Of a stretch of DNA of 32,000 bases, positions 1 to 7,995 are shown one piece after another. Made by a program: the position numbers and the translations under genes. Positions within the stretch are counted from its first letter, which is position 1, and each line of letters starts with the position of its first letter. Under the pieces are notes generated by a model, which was given only the letters and a program-made list of their open reading frames with translations, was not told where the DNA came from and searched no databases. Source of the stretch: an uncultured bacterium (GTDB lineage Bacteria; Babelota; Babeliae; Babelales; Babelaceae); assembly GCA_963713855.1 (NCBI GenBank), contig OY970209.1, positions 370,154 through 402,153 of the forward strand, given 5' to 3'.

Positions 1-247
1 GCAGACTACTTGACGGTGCAATCAATTTCATAACCGAACTCCCTAAGTCATTTTGTAAAAACTAGTCAAGTTTTATTTGTCTACGACGTATTATATCACT
101 CTGTTTTCAATTTTGTCTAACCATGTGGCTTTTTTTAGTATTATCTCTCAAAAAGACGCTTTTTCTGCTTTTTTAAGGAGCGATATCATTTTACTTGTTA
201 TCTAAATATAAAGATATGTCTCAAAGATAAGGCGTGGCTTTATATAC

Positions 248-880
248 TTAAATCAATGACGAAAGAGTGTATTCGCTTGCTTGTTGCACCTGACCTATAA
301 GTTTTTCCAAGCGTTGTAAGAACAATTTTAATTTGCGATAATCATTGCCCGCGATGATAGAAAGTGTTGCTATAAACGTATCAATATGGGTTGGTGTAAG
401 CAGATTATTATGAAAAAGCTGCTTTAAAAGCGCTAATAAAAGCTCGTCGAGCGAAAAAAGATTTTGAGAAGCACCACATAAAAGATGAACATAAAGGGCT
501 TCTGCAAAAAAAAGCTGTAATTCTTCATGATCAGCAAGTCTGACGAATGCATGAATTTTAGGTGGCCTTGGTGCCAATTGATAATACATATTTGTATGTT
601 CTTTATAACCGAGAGTCAGGCATGACACGTGCGTTTGAAGAAGGGCAAAAATTTGTGGCTGCTCTCTATGCAGCTCCTCTTCAGTTTTTTGGTAGGGAAA
701 AGGATATCGGCTTGCATCAATTGAGCCTGTCGTGACCTGCGTAACAATGCCAAAAAGCTTTATATGCTCTTGTAGAGTTACTACTAAAGACCCAAAGGCA
801 GGCATGCTATCCCATTTCCAACAATGAACTTTCCAGCTTGAAAGGGAGCTTTCTATAACTTCACCAAAGTGCTTCATCAT
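248..880 (-). CDS. hypothetical protein (210 aa), translationally coupled to rnhB
   Basis: Complete ORF. Its ATG overlaps the rnhB stop (ATGA at 877-880). The N-terminal ~60 aa are beta-rich (FGSLVVT...LFGIVTQVTTGS) and the C-terminal half is helical and Leu-rich. No family recognised. Confidence 0.6.
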   Translation of the reverse strand: MMKHFGEVIESSLSSWKVHCWKWDSMPAFGSLVVTLQEHIKLFGIVTQVTTGSIDASRYPFPYQKTEEELHREQPQIFALLQTHVSCLTLGYKEHTNMYYQLAPRPPKIHAFVRLADHEELQLFFAEALYVHLLCGASQNLFSLDELLLALLKQLFHNNLLTPTHIDTFIATLSIIAGNDYRKLKLFLQRLEKLIGQVQQASEYTLSSLI

Positions 881-1551
881 GAATAGCCACCATCTGAAAG
901 GGTCAATTGTTCCTCGTCTAAATCAAAGTGGTCTACAAAGCTAGTACGATGAATGATACTCCTACCCAAGAGCTCAATATTTTTTCTATGTAAGGCCGTG
1001 GCATATCCCTTGTGCTGACCGATGCCATAGGAAGGAAAAGCATTACCCATACTTTCCATTATCCGATCACGAGTCACTTTAGCAATGATAGAAGCTGCCG
1101 CTATAGAAATAGATTTACTTTCGCCTTTAGGAAAAGCAATAACCTTACTTTGACCCTCGATGGTTAATGGGAGGGCATCGACCAAAATATATGAAGGTAC
1201 ACTTGACGAGCGAGGTAGCACCTGTATGACCGCTCTCTTCATAGCCATAAGCGTGGCCCTGTAAATGTTTACAGTATCTATTGCACGATGGTGAATCACG
1301 CCCACAGCCGCCACACCATTATTGAGTATCCAAGTATAAGCGCGAAGCCGCTCAGGACAAGTAAGTTCTTTGGAATCTTTTATTAAACGGCTTTTGACTG
1401 TAGAGTTAAGAATAACGGCCGCAGTGACCAAAGGGCCTGCTAATGAGCCTCGACCTACCTCATCAACACCGCAAACACATTCCCGGGCTTTCCATGCTGT
1501 ATCTTCGTAAAAATTCTTTTTAAAGTCAGGCTTACGCCGCACGGTAACCAT
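877..1551 (-). CDS. rnhB: ribonuclease HII
   Basis: CGVDEVGRGSLAGPLV (the DE-x-GRG catalytic motif), IAAASIIAKVTRD and a C-terminal HR-x-SF motif. The ORF is open up to 1647, but I chose the internal ATG (M33) at 1551 so the gene does not run through the divergent promoter. That choice gives a normal 224-aa length. Confidence 0.9.
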   Translation of the reverse strand: MVTVRRKPDFKKNFYEDTAWKARECVCGVDEVGRGSLAGPLVTAAVILNSTVKSRLIKDSKELTCPERLRAYTWILNNGVAAVGVIHHRAIDTVNIYRATLMAMKRAVIQVLPRSSSVPSYILVDALPLTIEGQSKVIAFPKGESKSISIAAASIIAKVTRDRIMESMGNAFPSYGIGQHKGYATALHRKNIELLGRSIIHRTSFVDHFDLDEEQLTLSDGGYS

Positions 1552-1568
1552 AAGCTTCGTTTTTCCAT

Positions 1569-1596
1569 TTGACAAGAATAACGGGTTGAGTACAAT
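1569..1596 (+). promoter_or_regulatory. sigma70-like promoter for the LexA-like gene
   Basis: TTGACA (1569-1574), 16-nt spacer, TACAAT (1591-1596), about 64 nt upstream of the ATG at 1660. An 11-bp palindrome GGTTAATAACC lies just downstream at 1608-1618. Confidence 0.5.
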
Positions 1597-1659
1597 TAGA
1601 ATTACGCGGTTAATAACCATACTATCATGCTTTTCAAAAACATACAAAAGGAGTTGACT

Positions 1660-2346
1660 ATGTCAGCGTCATCATCACCTACGGCACTACGCGTAAAAGA
1701 GCTACTACGCGAAAAGGGATGGACGACCAAAATCTTAGCTGAAAAGACTGGAATGTCAGAAAGCTATTTAACCCACATCAAAAATGGAACAAGACGGTGG
1801 AATGAGGATTCTCTTAGAAAGCTTGCACATGCTTTTGAAGTAGGACCTATCGAGCTTTTTGCCCAGCATCGTCAACGCACTGATCAGGTAATAAGCAACG
1901 TTAAAATGCCTGAAAAATCCGATGTTCAGGTACAAGTGCAAATCGTACCTGTAGTTGGTGATATACCTTCACATCCTTCTCCATATAATAACCAGCTTAT
2001 GCAAATAACGACTGGATGCAAAGATATGTTTGTTCCTATATTGAACAAAACCGATCCAGGCATGTTTGCATTAGCTCTTAATAACAACCTTCTTGCGCCT
2101 ACTTTTGAAAAAGGTGATTTACTTATTGTCTCGACTGAGGTATGGACCCGCTCTGGAGACATTGCAGCGGTCGAGTTTGGCAATGACACACCTGTAAAGG
2201 GAATCATGAAAGTTACCTTTACCGATGACTTTGTCGTTCTCGAGTCAGTCAACTATAAGCAAGCACCAATTGCTCTTGTAAGAGCCAAAGACCATTTCAG
2301 GATAATTGGGCGTGTAATTGCTCGCTATCAAAATCTTGAAGAATAA
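1660..2346 (+). CDS. XRE-family HTH / S24 LexA-like transcriptional regulator with a degenerate peptidase site
   Basis: AGGAG sits 7 nt upstream of the ATG at 1660 (the ORF track starts at 1627). N-terminal HTH: LREKGWTTKILAEKTGMSESYLTHIKNG. The C-terminal region aligns with LexA/UmuD (GDLLIV...GDIAAV...PVKG...IIGRVI). The G-D-S-M nucleophile position reads N-N-L-L. Confidence 0.8.
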   Translation: MSASSSPTALRVKELLREKGWTTKILAEKTGMSESYLTHIKNGTRRWNEDSLRKLAHAFEVGPIELFAQHRQRTDQVISNVKMPEKSDVQVQVQIVPVVGDIPSHPSPYNNQLMQITTGCKDMFVPILNKTDPGMFALALNNNLLAPTFEKGDLLIVSTEVWTRSGDIAAVEFGNDTPVKGIMKVTFTDDFVVLESVNYKQAPIALVRAKDHFRIIGRVIARYQNLEE

Positions 2347-2367
2347 GAATTAGTATAAAACTGCTAA

Positions 2368-2393
2368 ATACGTGCTTTTGCAAAAGCACGTAT
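2368..2393. terminator. 26-bp perfect palindrome (hairpin; terminator or operator)
   Basis: ATACGTGCTTTTGCAAAAGCACGTAT lies 22 nt after the LexA-like stop and 34 nt before rpsF. No U-tract follows. A TATAGT -10-like hexamer overlaps its 3' end. Confidence 0.4.
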
Positions 2394-2426
2394 AGTGTAA
2401 ACACTTCCATTTAGTAGAGGACCTTG

Positions 2427-2936
2427 ATGACAACACGATATGAACTTATGATGATCGCTAGTCCAGAAATAACGAGCGATGAATCAGCAAAGCTTGAGTC
2501 CGCTATTGCGCAAACAATAGACGAAAATAAGGGTAGACTTATCTCCTTCGAGCAATGGGGCAAGTACCGCCTTGCATACCTTATTGAAGGTAAAGAATAT
2601 GGCGTTTACTTTCTCGTTCGCTTTGAAGCATCTGAAATCAATGCCAATAACGTGCTTTCTGCCTTACACAAGCTGCTTTCGGTGGCAAATGTAGAGCTTG
2701 TTATGCGCTTTAGAATCTTTAAACTTGACCCACGTGCTTCTCTTTCATACCACCGACCAGAGTCTCTTGAAGAAACGCCAAGCAAGGACGTTGAAAGCTT
2801 TCTTAAGGACAGCAGGATGACGGGGCTTTTGCATGGGCGATCTGAAAGAGGAAGAGGTCCACGTGACTTTAACAAAAACCAGGAAGAATCAATTGACGTT
2901 GATGACCTGGAAGAATCTATTGAAACGGAGGCATAA
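2427..2936 (+). CDS. rpsF: 30S ribosomal protein S6 with an acidic C-terminal extension
   Basis: [10 protein letters not shown]...WGKYRLAY is the S6 signature region. AGAGGA lies upstream. A TTG at 2424 is an alternative start. The tail is Asp/Glu-rich. Confidence 0.9.
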   Translation: MTTRYELMMIASPEITSDESAKLESAIAQTIDENKGRLISFEQWGKYRLAYLIEGKEYGVYFLVRFEASEINANNVLSALHKLLSVANVELVMRFRIFKLDPRASLSYHRPESLEETPSKDVESFLKDSRMTGLLHGRSERGRGPRDFNKNQEESIDVDDLEESIETEA

Positions 2937-2938
2937 GA

Positions 2939-3229
2939 ATGGCTCGTAGAGTTAAACTTAAAGTAAGTGCACGTCTTCTGCGTAAAAAAGCTCGAAGAGG
3001 CTCTTTATTTGCAGGAAAACACTGCAGATTCTGTAGCAGCGATGCTCAGGCAGCATCACTTGATTATAAGAACGCAAATTTACTCAAAAGCTTCATTACT
3101 GAGCGTTGCAAAATTTTGCCTTCACGCATATCAGGTAACTGTGCTCTGCATCAGCGCAGGCTCGCTACTGAGATTAAAAGAGCCCGCGTCATGGCATTAC
3201 TACCCTTTGCTTCACATCAAGTAGCTTAA
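2939..3229 (+). CDS. rpsR: 30S ribosomal protein S18
   Basis: CRFC...[49 protein letters not shown] is the classic S18 core. It starts 3 nt after the rpsF stop. Confidence 0.93.
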   Translation: MARRVKLKVSARLLRKKARRGSLFAGKHCRFCSSDAQAASLDYKNANLLKSFITERCKILPSRISGNCALHQRRLATEIKRARVMALLPFASHQVA

Positions 3230-3234
3230 AGGTA

Positions 3235-3270
3235 CTTTCTTAAGAAGGGGCGTTCCCCTTCTTAAGAAAG
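3235..3270 (+). terminator. strong hairpin after rpsR
   Basis: CTTTCTTAAGAAGGGG-cgtt-CCCCTTCTTAAGAAAG: a 16-bp perfect stem with a 4-nt loop, starting 6 nt after the rpsR stop. There is no clear trailing T-run. Confidence 0.6.
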
Positions 3271-3316
3271 GTCAAACTCAGTTATTCATCGGTTAACTCA
3301 GCTAGACAAAAAAAAC

Positions 3317-3344
3317 TTGACCGATATACTAAAAGAAATACTAT
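3317..3344 (+). promoter_or_regulatory. sigma70-like promoter for typA
   Basis: TTGACC (3317-3322), 16-nt spacer, TACTAT (3339-3344), preceded by an A-run and 41 nt upstream of the typA ATG. Confidence 0.4.
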
Positions 3345-3384
3345 CCACGTCACTTACGCATTTTTACGAGAAAGATTCAAGGGC

Positions 3385-5181
3385 ATGGCCTTACAGCACA
3401 GAGAGAAGGTACGCAACATAGCAATTATTGCTCACGTAGACCACGGCAAGACAACGCTGGTTGATAAACTTTTGCGCCAAGCGGGCACTATAAGTGAAGC
3501 TGCTGGTGAGCGAGTTATGGACAGTAACGCGCTTGAGCGCGAACGGGGTATTACCATTTTAGCCAAAAATACTGGCATCAAGTGTGGCGATTACACTATC
3601 AACATCGTTGATACTCCTGGACACAGCGACTTTGGTGGCGAGGTAGAGCGCACTCTGCAAATGGTTGAGGGCTTTTTGCTCTTAGTGGATGCAGCTGAAG
3701 GAGTTTTGCCAGGGACAAGATTTGTGCTCTATAAAGCCTTACAACTCAACTTAAAACCTATCGTTTTTATTAATAAAATCGATCGTAAAGATGCCGATAT
3801 TGAACGAACGGAAAACCAAATTCACGATCTTTTTCTCGATCTTGCTGTTAGTGACAATCAATTACATTTTCCGGTCTTATACGGTTCTTCACGCCAAGGA
3901 TTTGCTACCGCCGATATCAAAAAGTCTTCTGAATCGTTAAAACCTCTTTTTGATGCTATCATTGAGCACATTCCCGCTCCTATTGAAAAAGAACAAGGCT
4001 TACAGCTTCTTGTAACCAATTTAGACCACTCAGACTTTTTAGGAACTATAGCAATTGGCAGGATTTTCAGTGGTAAGATTCGCGTTGGACAATCCTTCAT
4101 TTGCTGCAAGGACGACTTTGTAAGTAAGCCAATGCGCGTTACTAAACTGTATACTTTCTATGGCCTTGAGCGCGTTGAAACAGCTGAAGCATGCTTTGGT
4201 GATATTGTAGCGCTTACCGGATTTACTGAACCTGTAAGCATCGGAACAACACTTTGCGATGTTTCAAACCCTCTACCACATGCCTACGTCAAAGTTGATG
4301 AGCCGACCATGGCAATTTACATCTCGGTCAACGACTCACCGTTTAACGGGCAAGATGGAAAGCTCCTTACTTCAAGGCAAATTAAAGAGCGCCTTGAAAA
4401 AGAGCTTAAAACTAATGTGGCTCTACGCGTGGAAGCTACAGATTCGCCCGATGCATTCAAAGTCTCCGGTCGCGGACAACTTCATTTAAGCATCCTTATT
4501 GAAAACATGCGCCGTGAAGGCTTTGAGCTTCAGGTTTCTGCACCTGAAGTGATTTATCAAACTATTAACGGCACAAGGCACGAACCGATCGAGTATCTCG
4601 TTGTAGATATACCAGAAGAGTACCAGGGCGTCGTTATTGAGTCTTTGGGTCGCAAAAAGGCTGATATGAAAAACCTTGTACATTACGGAAATAAACGTGT
4701 TCGCATTGAATTTGAAATACCTTCGCGCGGACTTCTCGGTTTTAGAAGCCAATTTTTAACCGATACTCGTGGTACAGGTATTGCAACATTTAGCTTTTCC
4801 GGTTACCAGCCCTACAAAGGCGACATTCAATTACGTACCAAAGGCACACTCGTGTCAATGGAACAAGGCTCTGCTACCTCCTTCGCTTTAGAAACCCTCC
4901 AACAAAGAGGGGTCTTATTCGTTCGACCAACTAACAAGATCTATGAGGGTATGATTGTCGGTGAGAATAGCCGCGAAGGTGACATGGATGTTAATCCCTG
5001 CAAACTGAAGAAATTAACTAACATGCGTGCTGCAGGTTCTGAAGATCTTGTAAAGCTAGAGCCCCCTCGGGTAATGGATCTTGAGATGTGCATGGAATGG
5101 ATAATGCCCGACGAGCTTATCGAGGTCACCCCTAACCATATACGGCTCAGGAAAAAGATTTTAAGAGCCGCGTTGCGGTAG
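3385..5181 (+). CDS. typA: translational GTPase TypA/BipA
   Basis: N-terminal [18 protein letters not shown], plus DTPGH and NKID G-motifs. The 598-aa length and the C-terminal domain are typical of BipA rather than EF-G or LepA. Confidence 0.95.
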   Translation: MALQHREKVRNIAIIAHVDHGKTTLVDKLLRQAGTISEAAGERVMDSNALERERGITILAKNTGIKCGDYTINIVDTPGHSDFGGEVERTLQMVEGFLLLVDAAEGVLPGTRFVLYKALQLNLKPIVFINKIDRKDADIERTENQIHDLFLDLAVSDNQLHFPVLYGSSRQGFATADIKKSSESLKPLFDAIIEHIPAPIEKEQGLQLLVTNLDHSDFLGTIAIGRIFSGKIRVGQSFICCKDDFVSKPMRVTKLYTFYGLERVETAEACFGDIVALTGFTEPVSIGTTLCDVSNPLPHAYVKVDEPTMAIYISVNDSPFNGQDGKLLTSRQIKERLEKELKTNVALRVEATDSPDAFKVSGRGQLHLSILIENMRREGFELQVSAPEVIYQTINGTRHEPIEYLVVDIPEEYQGVVIESLGRKKADMKNLVHYGNKRVRIEFEIPSRGLLGFRSQFLTDTRGTGIATFSFSGYQPYKGDIQLRTKGTLVSMEQGSATSFALETLQQRGVLFVRPTNKIYEGMIVGENSREGDMDVNPCKLKKLTNMRAAGSEDLVKLEPPRVMDLEMCMEWIMPDELIEVTPNHIRLRKKILRAALR

Positions 5182-5183
5182 AC

Positions 5184-5882
5184 CTAGTCTTTTTTTTCGT
5201 GTGCCCTTAAAGTGCTCACAAAAGCGTATACAAGTACGATGACTCCAAGAAGAGTGAAAAGGGTCAAGAAGCGTCCCGTGTGTCCGCTCTCTTTACCTGT
5301 AAGGGCCAGGGCTTTAATATGGCTAGCAGTACAGGTATATATCCAGCTTACCGGCATACTTGCAAAAAATATAGCGAACGTAAACGTTATTAGTCGCATA
5401 GAGGAAAGTGCTGCTAAAGCGGTAATGGCCCCAAAAGGCATTATGGGTAGAAGTTGTAGCGCAAATATATAGTACACGCCCGATCGCTGAAAGTAATAGC
5501 GAAATCTCTCTAAAAATCTTCCATATTTGCGCTCAATATAGGGTGATGCCCACCGACGGATGATCACAAAAGCCACAATAGCTCCGAGGGTGGATGCAAG
5601 CACCGTATAGACAAAGCCTTCTAAGCAGCCAAAGACGAATCCACCCATCATGGTTAGAGCAATTGTAATAGGAAGCCCGATTGCTGCTACAAAGGCATAG
5701 GCAAATATGTACGCAAGCACAGCCGTACCATATCTTTTTTGCACAAGAGTCTCAAGAGCGTGTGTATACCTTAAAAATCGCTCCAAGGAAAAAAAATCTC
5801 GAAATAACCAATAGATGAGAAGAAAAACGCCAATCAACAAGGCGGTAAAACCTATCCGGTACCAGCGCTTTTTATGTTTCAC
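5184..5882 (-). CDS. TVP38/TMEM64 (DedA-related) membrane protein
   Basis: Multi-pass hydrophobic protein with an LPI-x-PFG-type loop (LQLLPIMPFGAITALAA). The ORF track starts at a TTG at 5930. I prefer the GTG at 5882 (MKHKKRWYRIG...), which has AAGGA about 8 nt upstream. Its stop is 2 nt from the typA stop (convergent). Confidence 0.75.
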   Translation of the reverse strand: MKHKKRWYRIGFTALLIGVFLLIYWLFRDFFSLERFLRYTHALETLVQKRYGTAVLAYIFAYAFVAAIGLPITIALTMMGGFVFGCLEGFVYTVLASTLGAIVAFVIIRRWASPYIERKYGRFLERFRYYFQRSGVYYIFALQLLPIMPFGAITALAALSSMRLITFTFAIFFASMPVSWIYTCTASHIKALALTGKESGHTGRFLTLFTLLGVIVLVYAFVSTLRAHEKKD

Positions 5883-5996
5883 CAAAATTCCTTTCAAAAG
5901 CACAATCAGCTTATAAGGATGCCCTACCAAGAGCGGGCTAAAAGATTTTATGCTTATGATTATGGAACAACAAACAAAAATAGCAAGCGCTTAAGC

Positions 5997-6030
5997 AAAA
6001 AAAGACCGGCTTCGAATAACCGGTCTTTTT
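5997..6030 (-). terminator. bidirectional intrinsic terminator
   Basis: A-run, GACCGG, 10-nt loop, CCGGTC, T-run. It lies 12 nt downstream of the stop of the 6042-6791 gene on the minus strand. Confidence 0.7.
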
Positions 6031-6041
6031 AAAAAATATAA

Positions 6042-6791
6042 TTAAACCCTATTGATAAGAAGGGAAACGGTCGTTTCAGCATCACCAATTGCGCTCAACT
6101 GGCAAGTCTCATCATCTCCTAAAAACTCTAACTTAAAATTCTGTCCTGCAACTCCTTTAAGGAGAAACCTCGTATTAGTGCTTTTTAAGAAATTCGATCC
6201 ATAATTGCCTGTCTCGCTACCTTCTACCTTTTCTTCTGCACCCAGTGGTCCAAACATAGCACGTATAACAACACCTTTATGGGTCGTTTCTCTTAACATA
6301 GCAACACCCGCGGTGTAACTGACCTCATAAGCGGCGGTTTCCGGGCACGTAAAATTCGCGCTACCGAGTTCGTGCTTCCAGCCTTCTGATTCACCTTTTT
6401 GATTAAAGGTTATTGCCTGATATTTATCGACTGATTTATAGGCTTGTACCTCGTTAGAAGAAGCGCTTATATAGCTTTTCTGATCTCGAGAACAGTCGCA
6501 AGGAAAGCCATCTTTTCCAGGTCTTCCATCCCTACCATCTTTCCCATCGAGACCTTTTACGATTTTTACGGGCGTGGGCGTATCGTCCAAGCTTTTATAA
6601 CCATTTTTGGATGATTTCCCTTTGCAGCCCCCATTTCGTCTACATGAATTTTTTGAGGAACCTTTGTTACCTTTTTTCTTCATGATATGGGCTTGCCGTC
6701 CATCACGCGAAAGTGCCCAATCAGTACTGAAAGAGCAAGATAATGCTACAATTGACAAAAGCGCAGTTTTTAAGAAGGATTCTCTTTTCAT
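6042..6791 (-). CDS. secreted collagen-like (GXY)6 protein with a C1q/BclA-like C-terminal domain
   Basis: Start chosen at MKRESFLKTALLSIVALSCSFS (signal peptide), with AGGAG 7 nt upstream; the ORF is open up to 6857. A basic Cys-containing linker is followed by GLDGKDGRDGRPGKDGFP, six uninterrupted G-X-Y triplets. The last ~150 aa form a beta-rich domain. Confidence 0.8.
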   Translation of the reverse strand: MKRESFLKTALLSIVALSCSFSTDWALSRDGRQAHIMKKKGNKGSSKNSCRRNGGCKGKSSKNGYKSLDDTPTPVKIVKGLDGKDGRDGRPGKDGFPCDCSRDQKSYISASSNEVQAYKSVDKYQAITFNQKGESEGWKHELGSANFTCPETAAYEVSYTAGVAMLRETTHKGVVIRAMFGPLGAEEKVEGSETGNYGSNFLKSTNTRFLLKGVAGQNFKLEFLGDDETCQLSAIGDAETTVSLLINRV

Positions 6792-6904
6792 ATACATCTC
6801 CTTTTTATACATGAACAATGAGCTTTTATACATTAGCACATCAAGGAGAATATACAAGCCGAGTTATGTTAGAGCCTATTTTATAAGACTTGCAATGATG
6901 CCTT

Positions 6905-6940
6905 TAAAAAAGATAAGGCGTGCTCACGGGCACGCCTTAT
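6905..6940 (-). terminator. intrinsic terminator
   Basis: ATAAGGCGTGC-tcacgg-GCACGCCTTAT is an 11-bp stem. The A-run on the plus strand (6905-6911) gives a T-run after the hairpin on the minus strand. It lies 30 nt downstream of the 6970 stop. Confidence 0.7.
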
Positions 6941-6969
6941 TATCTTACAGTGCGGCTCTTTTTTGCTTT

Positions 6970-7578
6970 TTATAGTTCGGTCTTTACAGCCGCAGCTAAA
7001 ACTTGTTCTACGGTTAGCCCTGGATTTGTCGCCTTAAATGTTTCAACAATCTCCTTCAAGGCTTTTTCAACATCTCTTCTTTTTTCAGCTTTTGCTTTTG
7101 CGACTTCGGCTTCGTCCCGCGCGTCTTCAAGATCAGCGTCGTGTTGCCAAGAGAGAAGCACTTGCTGAGTAGCTATGTAAAGCTCTCTTAAGAAAGTCAC
7201 GCTACCAAAACCAATTCCTAGCATCTTTATTAACTTAGGCATAAGATTGAGCACACGTGATGGACTTGGACTGCTTGCATCTGCGCCCTTCGTTGTTATC
7301 TCCTCAGTAGTACATGGTTTTTTCGCACTTTCTACGCCAGCTCGAAGAAGGTAGGTAAGAACGAGTGCTAAAGTTAGGCCTGAGATTCCTCCAAAAAATG
7401 CATCTGTTTTCCAGTAATTTGCTTGACCTAATTGATGCAAATACTCATCATCAACTTTGTTTTGTGTTTCGGCTAGTTGGGCATCAATATCGGCAATCGC
7501 CTTGTCATGTTTTTGACCAAAGCAATTTAGCGATAGCAAGCTCCAGGCCATGGCCCAGCTTAGAATAAGCTTATTCAC
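6970..7578 (-). CDS. hypothetical signal-peptide membrane protein with a charged coiled-coil tail ending in KTEL
   Basis: GTG start with GAAGGAG 6 nt upstream. Signal-like N-terminus MNKLILSWAMAWSLLSLNCFG. Internal hydrophobic segment FFGGISGLTLALVLTYLL. The C-terminus is rich in Asp, Glu and Lys. Confidence 0.7.
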   Translation of the reverse strand: MNKLILSWAMAWSLLSLNCFGQKHDKAIADIDAQLAETQNKVDDEYLHQLGQANYWKTDAFFGGISGLTLALVLTYLLRAGVESAKKPCTTEEITTKGADASSPSPSRVLNLMPKLIKMLGIGFGSVTFLRELYIATQQVLLSWQHDADLEDARDEAEVAKAKAEKRRDVEKALKEIVETFKATNPGLTVEQVLAAAVKTEL

Positions 7579-7995
7579 TGAACTCTCCTTCAGAGATAAA
7601 GGTTTTTAATATAGGGACGGCATCCTTTGATAAAAATCTTTAAGCCGATTGAGCGTAGCATACCTTAAACGCCACGTCCAGAATATTATGTCAAAAAAAA
7701 AATCCCTTTTTCTGGCTGTCAATGGGAGCTTTTTAGCTTTAGATTTAAAAGCAAACTTTTCTATCAACTAAAGTGTCTGCGAATCCGAACAGTCAAACGA
7801 AGAGTACTATAAGCCCCCAAAGATAAACCTTAAACCATATTTCATAAGGTTCTCTTTAATTGTAGGCAAAATACCAGAGTTAGAATAACGATGGGCTTTT
7901 TGTTGTCAAGAAAACCACAAGGGCCACTTGCTCTCCTAAAGAAGTTTGTGCATACTTTTAGTGAAGAGCTTTAAAAAGGGCATACGCGCGAAACT

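Noticed and set aside
1-33. Possible 3' end of a plus-strand CDS entering from the left edge (ADYLTVQSIS*).
   Set aside because: Only 10 codons are visible, which is too short to distinguish from chance. The following 215 nt are ORF-free and AT-rich.
223-236. Exact 14-mer AAAGATAAGGCGTG shared between 223-236 and 6909-6922, both just downstream of minus-strand genes.
   Set aside because: A few exact 14-mer coincidences are expected by chance among about 1e9 position pairs in 32 kb of AT-biased sequence. The second copy is simply half of a terminator stem, and the first forms only a weak hairpin.
1552-1659. Longer N-terminal extensions offered by the ORF track for rnhB (to 1647) and the LexA-like gene (from 1627), which would make the two divergent genes overlap.
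   Set aside because: The extensions are hydrophobic or uninformative and lack an RBS. The internal starts restore normal protein lengths, leave a 108-nt divergent promoter region with TTGACA-16-TACAAT, and place AGGAG 7 nt before the ATG at 1660.
1926-2252. Antisense or alternate-frame ORFs of 60-130 aa nested in confidently called genes. Examples: 1926-2252, 2606-2875, 2967-3224, 3858-4109, 4259-4489, 4486-4752, 4941-5129, 5212-5472, 8061-8282, 9479-9673, 10306-10503, 11178-11459, 12772-12978, 13372-13575, 13513-13695, 14106-14501, 14727-14957, 16375-16662, 17610-17828, 21148-21514, 22156-22398, 24725-25105, 26594-26902, 27589-27897, 28082-28311, 29570-29779, 30778-31047.
   Set aside because: Each is fully contained in a gene with clear family motifs on the other strand or in another frame. 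None has a convincing RBS or a recognisable motif.
1660-2346. The XRE/S24 gene considered as a prophage CI-like repressor marking a mobile element.
   Set aside because: There is no integrase, Cro/antirepressor, structural phage gene, att-like repeat or tRNA in the flanks. The neighbours are rnhB and ribosomal protein genes.
6004-6025. A TTCGAAT motif resembling a tRNA T-loop.
   Set aside because: It lies in the loop of a terminator hairpin. There is no acceptor stem, D-arm or anticodon arm around it. I found no tRNA-like cloverleaf anywhere in the window.
6607-7168. Plus-strand ORFs 6607-6975 and 6920-7168 across the collagen-like gene, its upstream intergenic region and the next gene.
   Set aside because: They run antisense through two minus-strand genes that have good RBSs, signal peptides and terminators. 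They also cross the 6905-6940 terminator hairpin.
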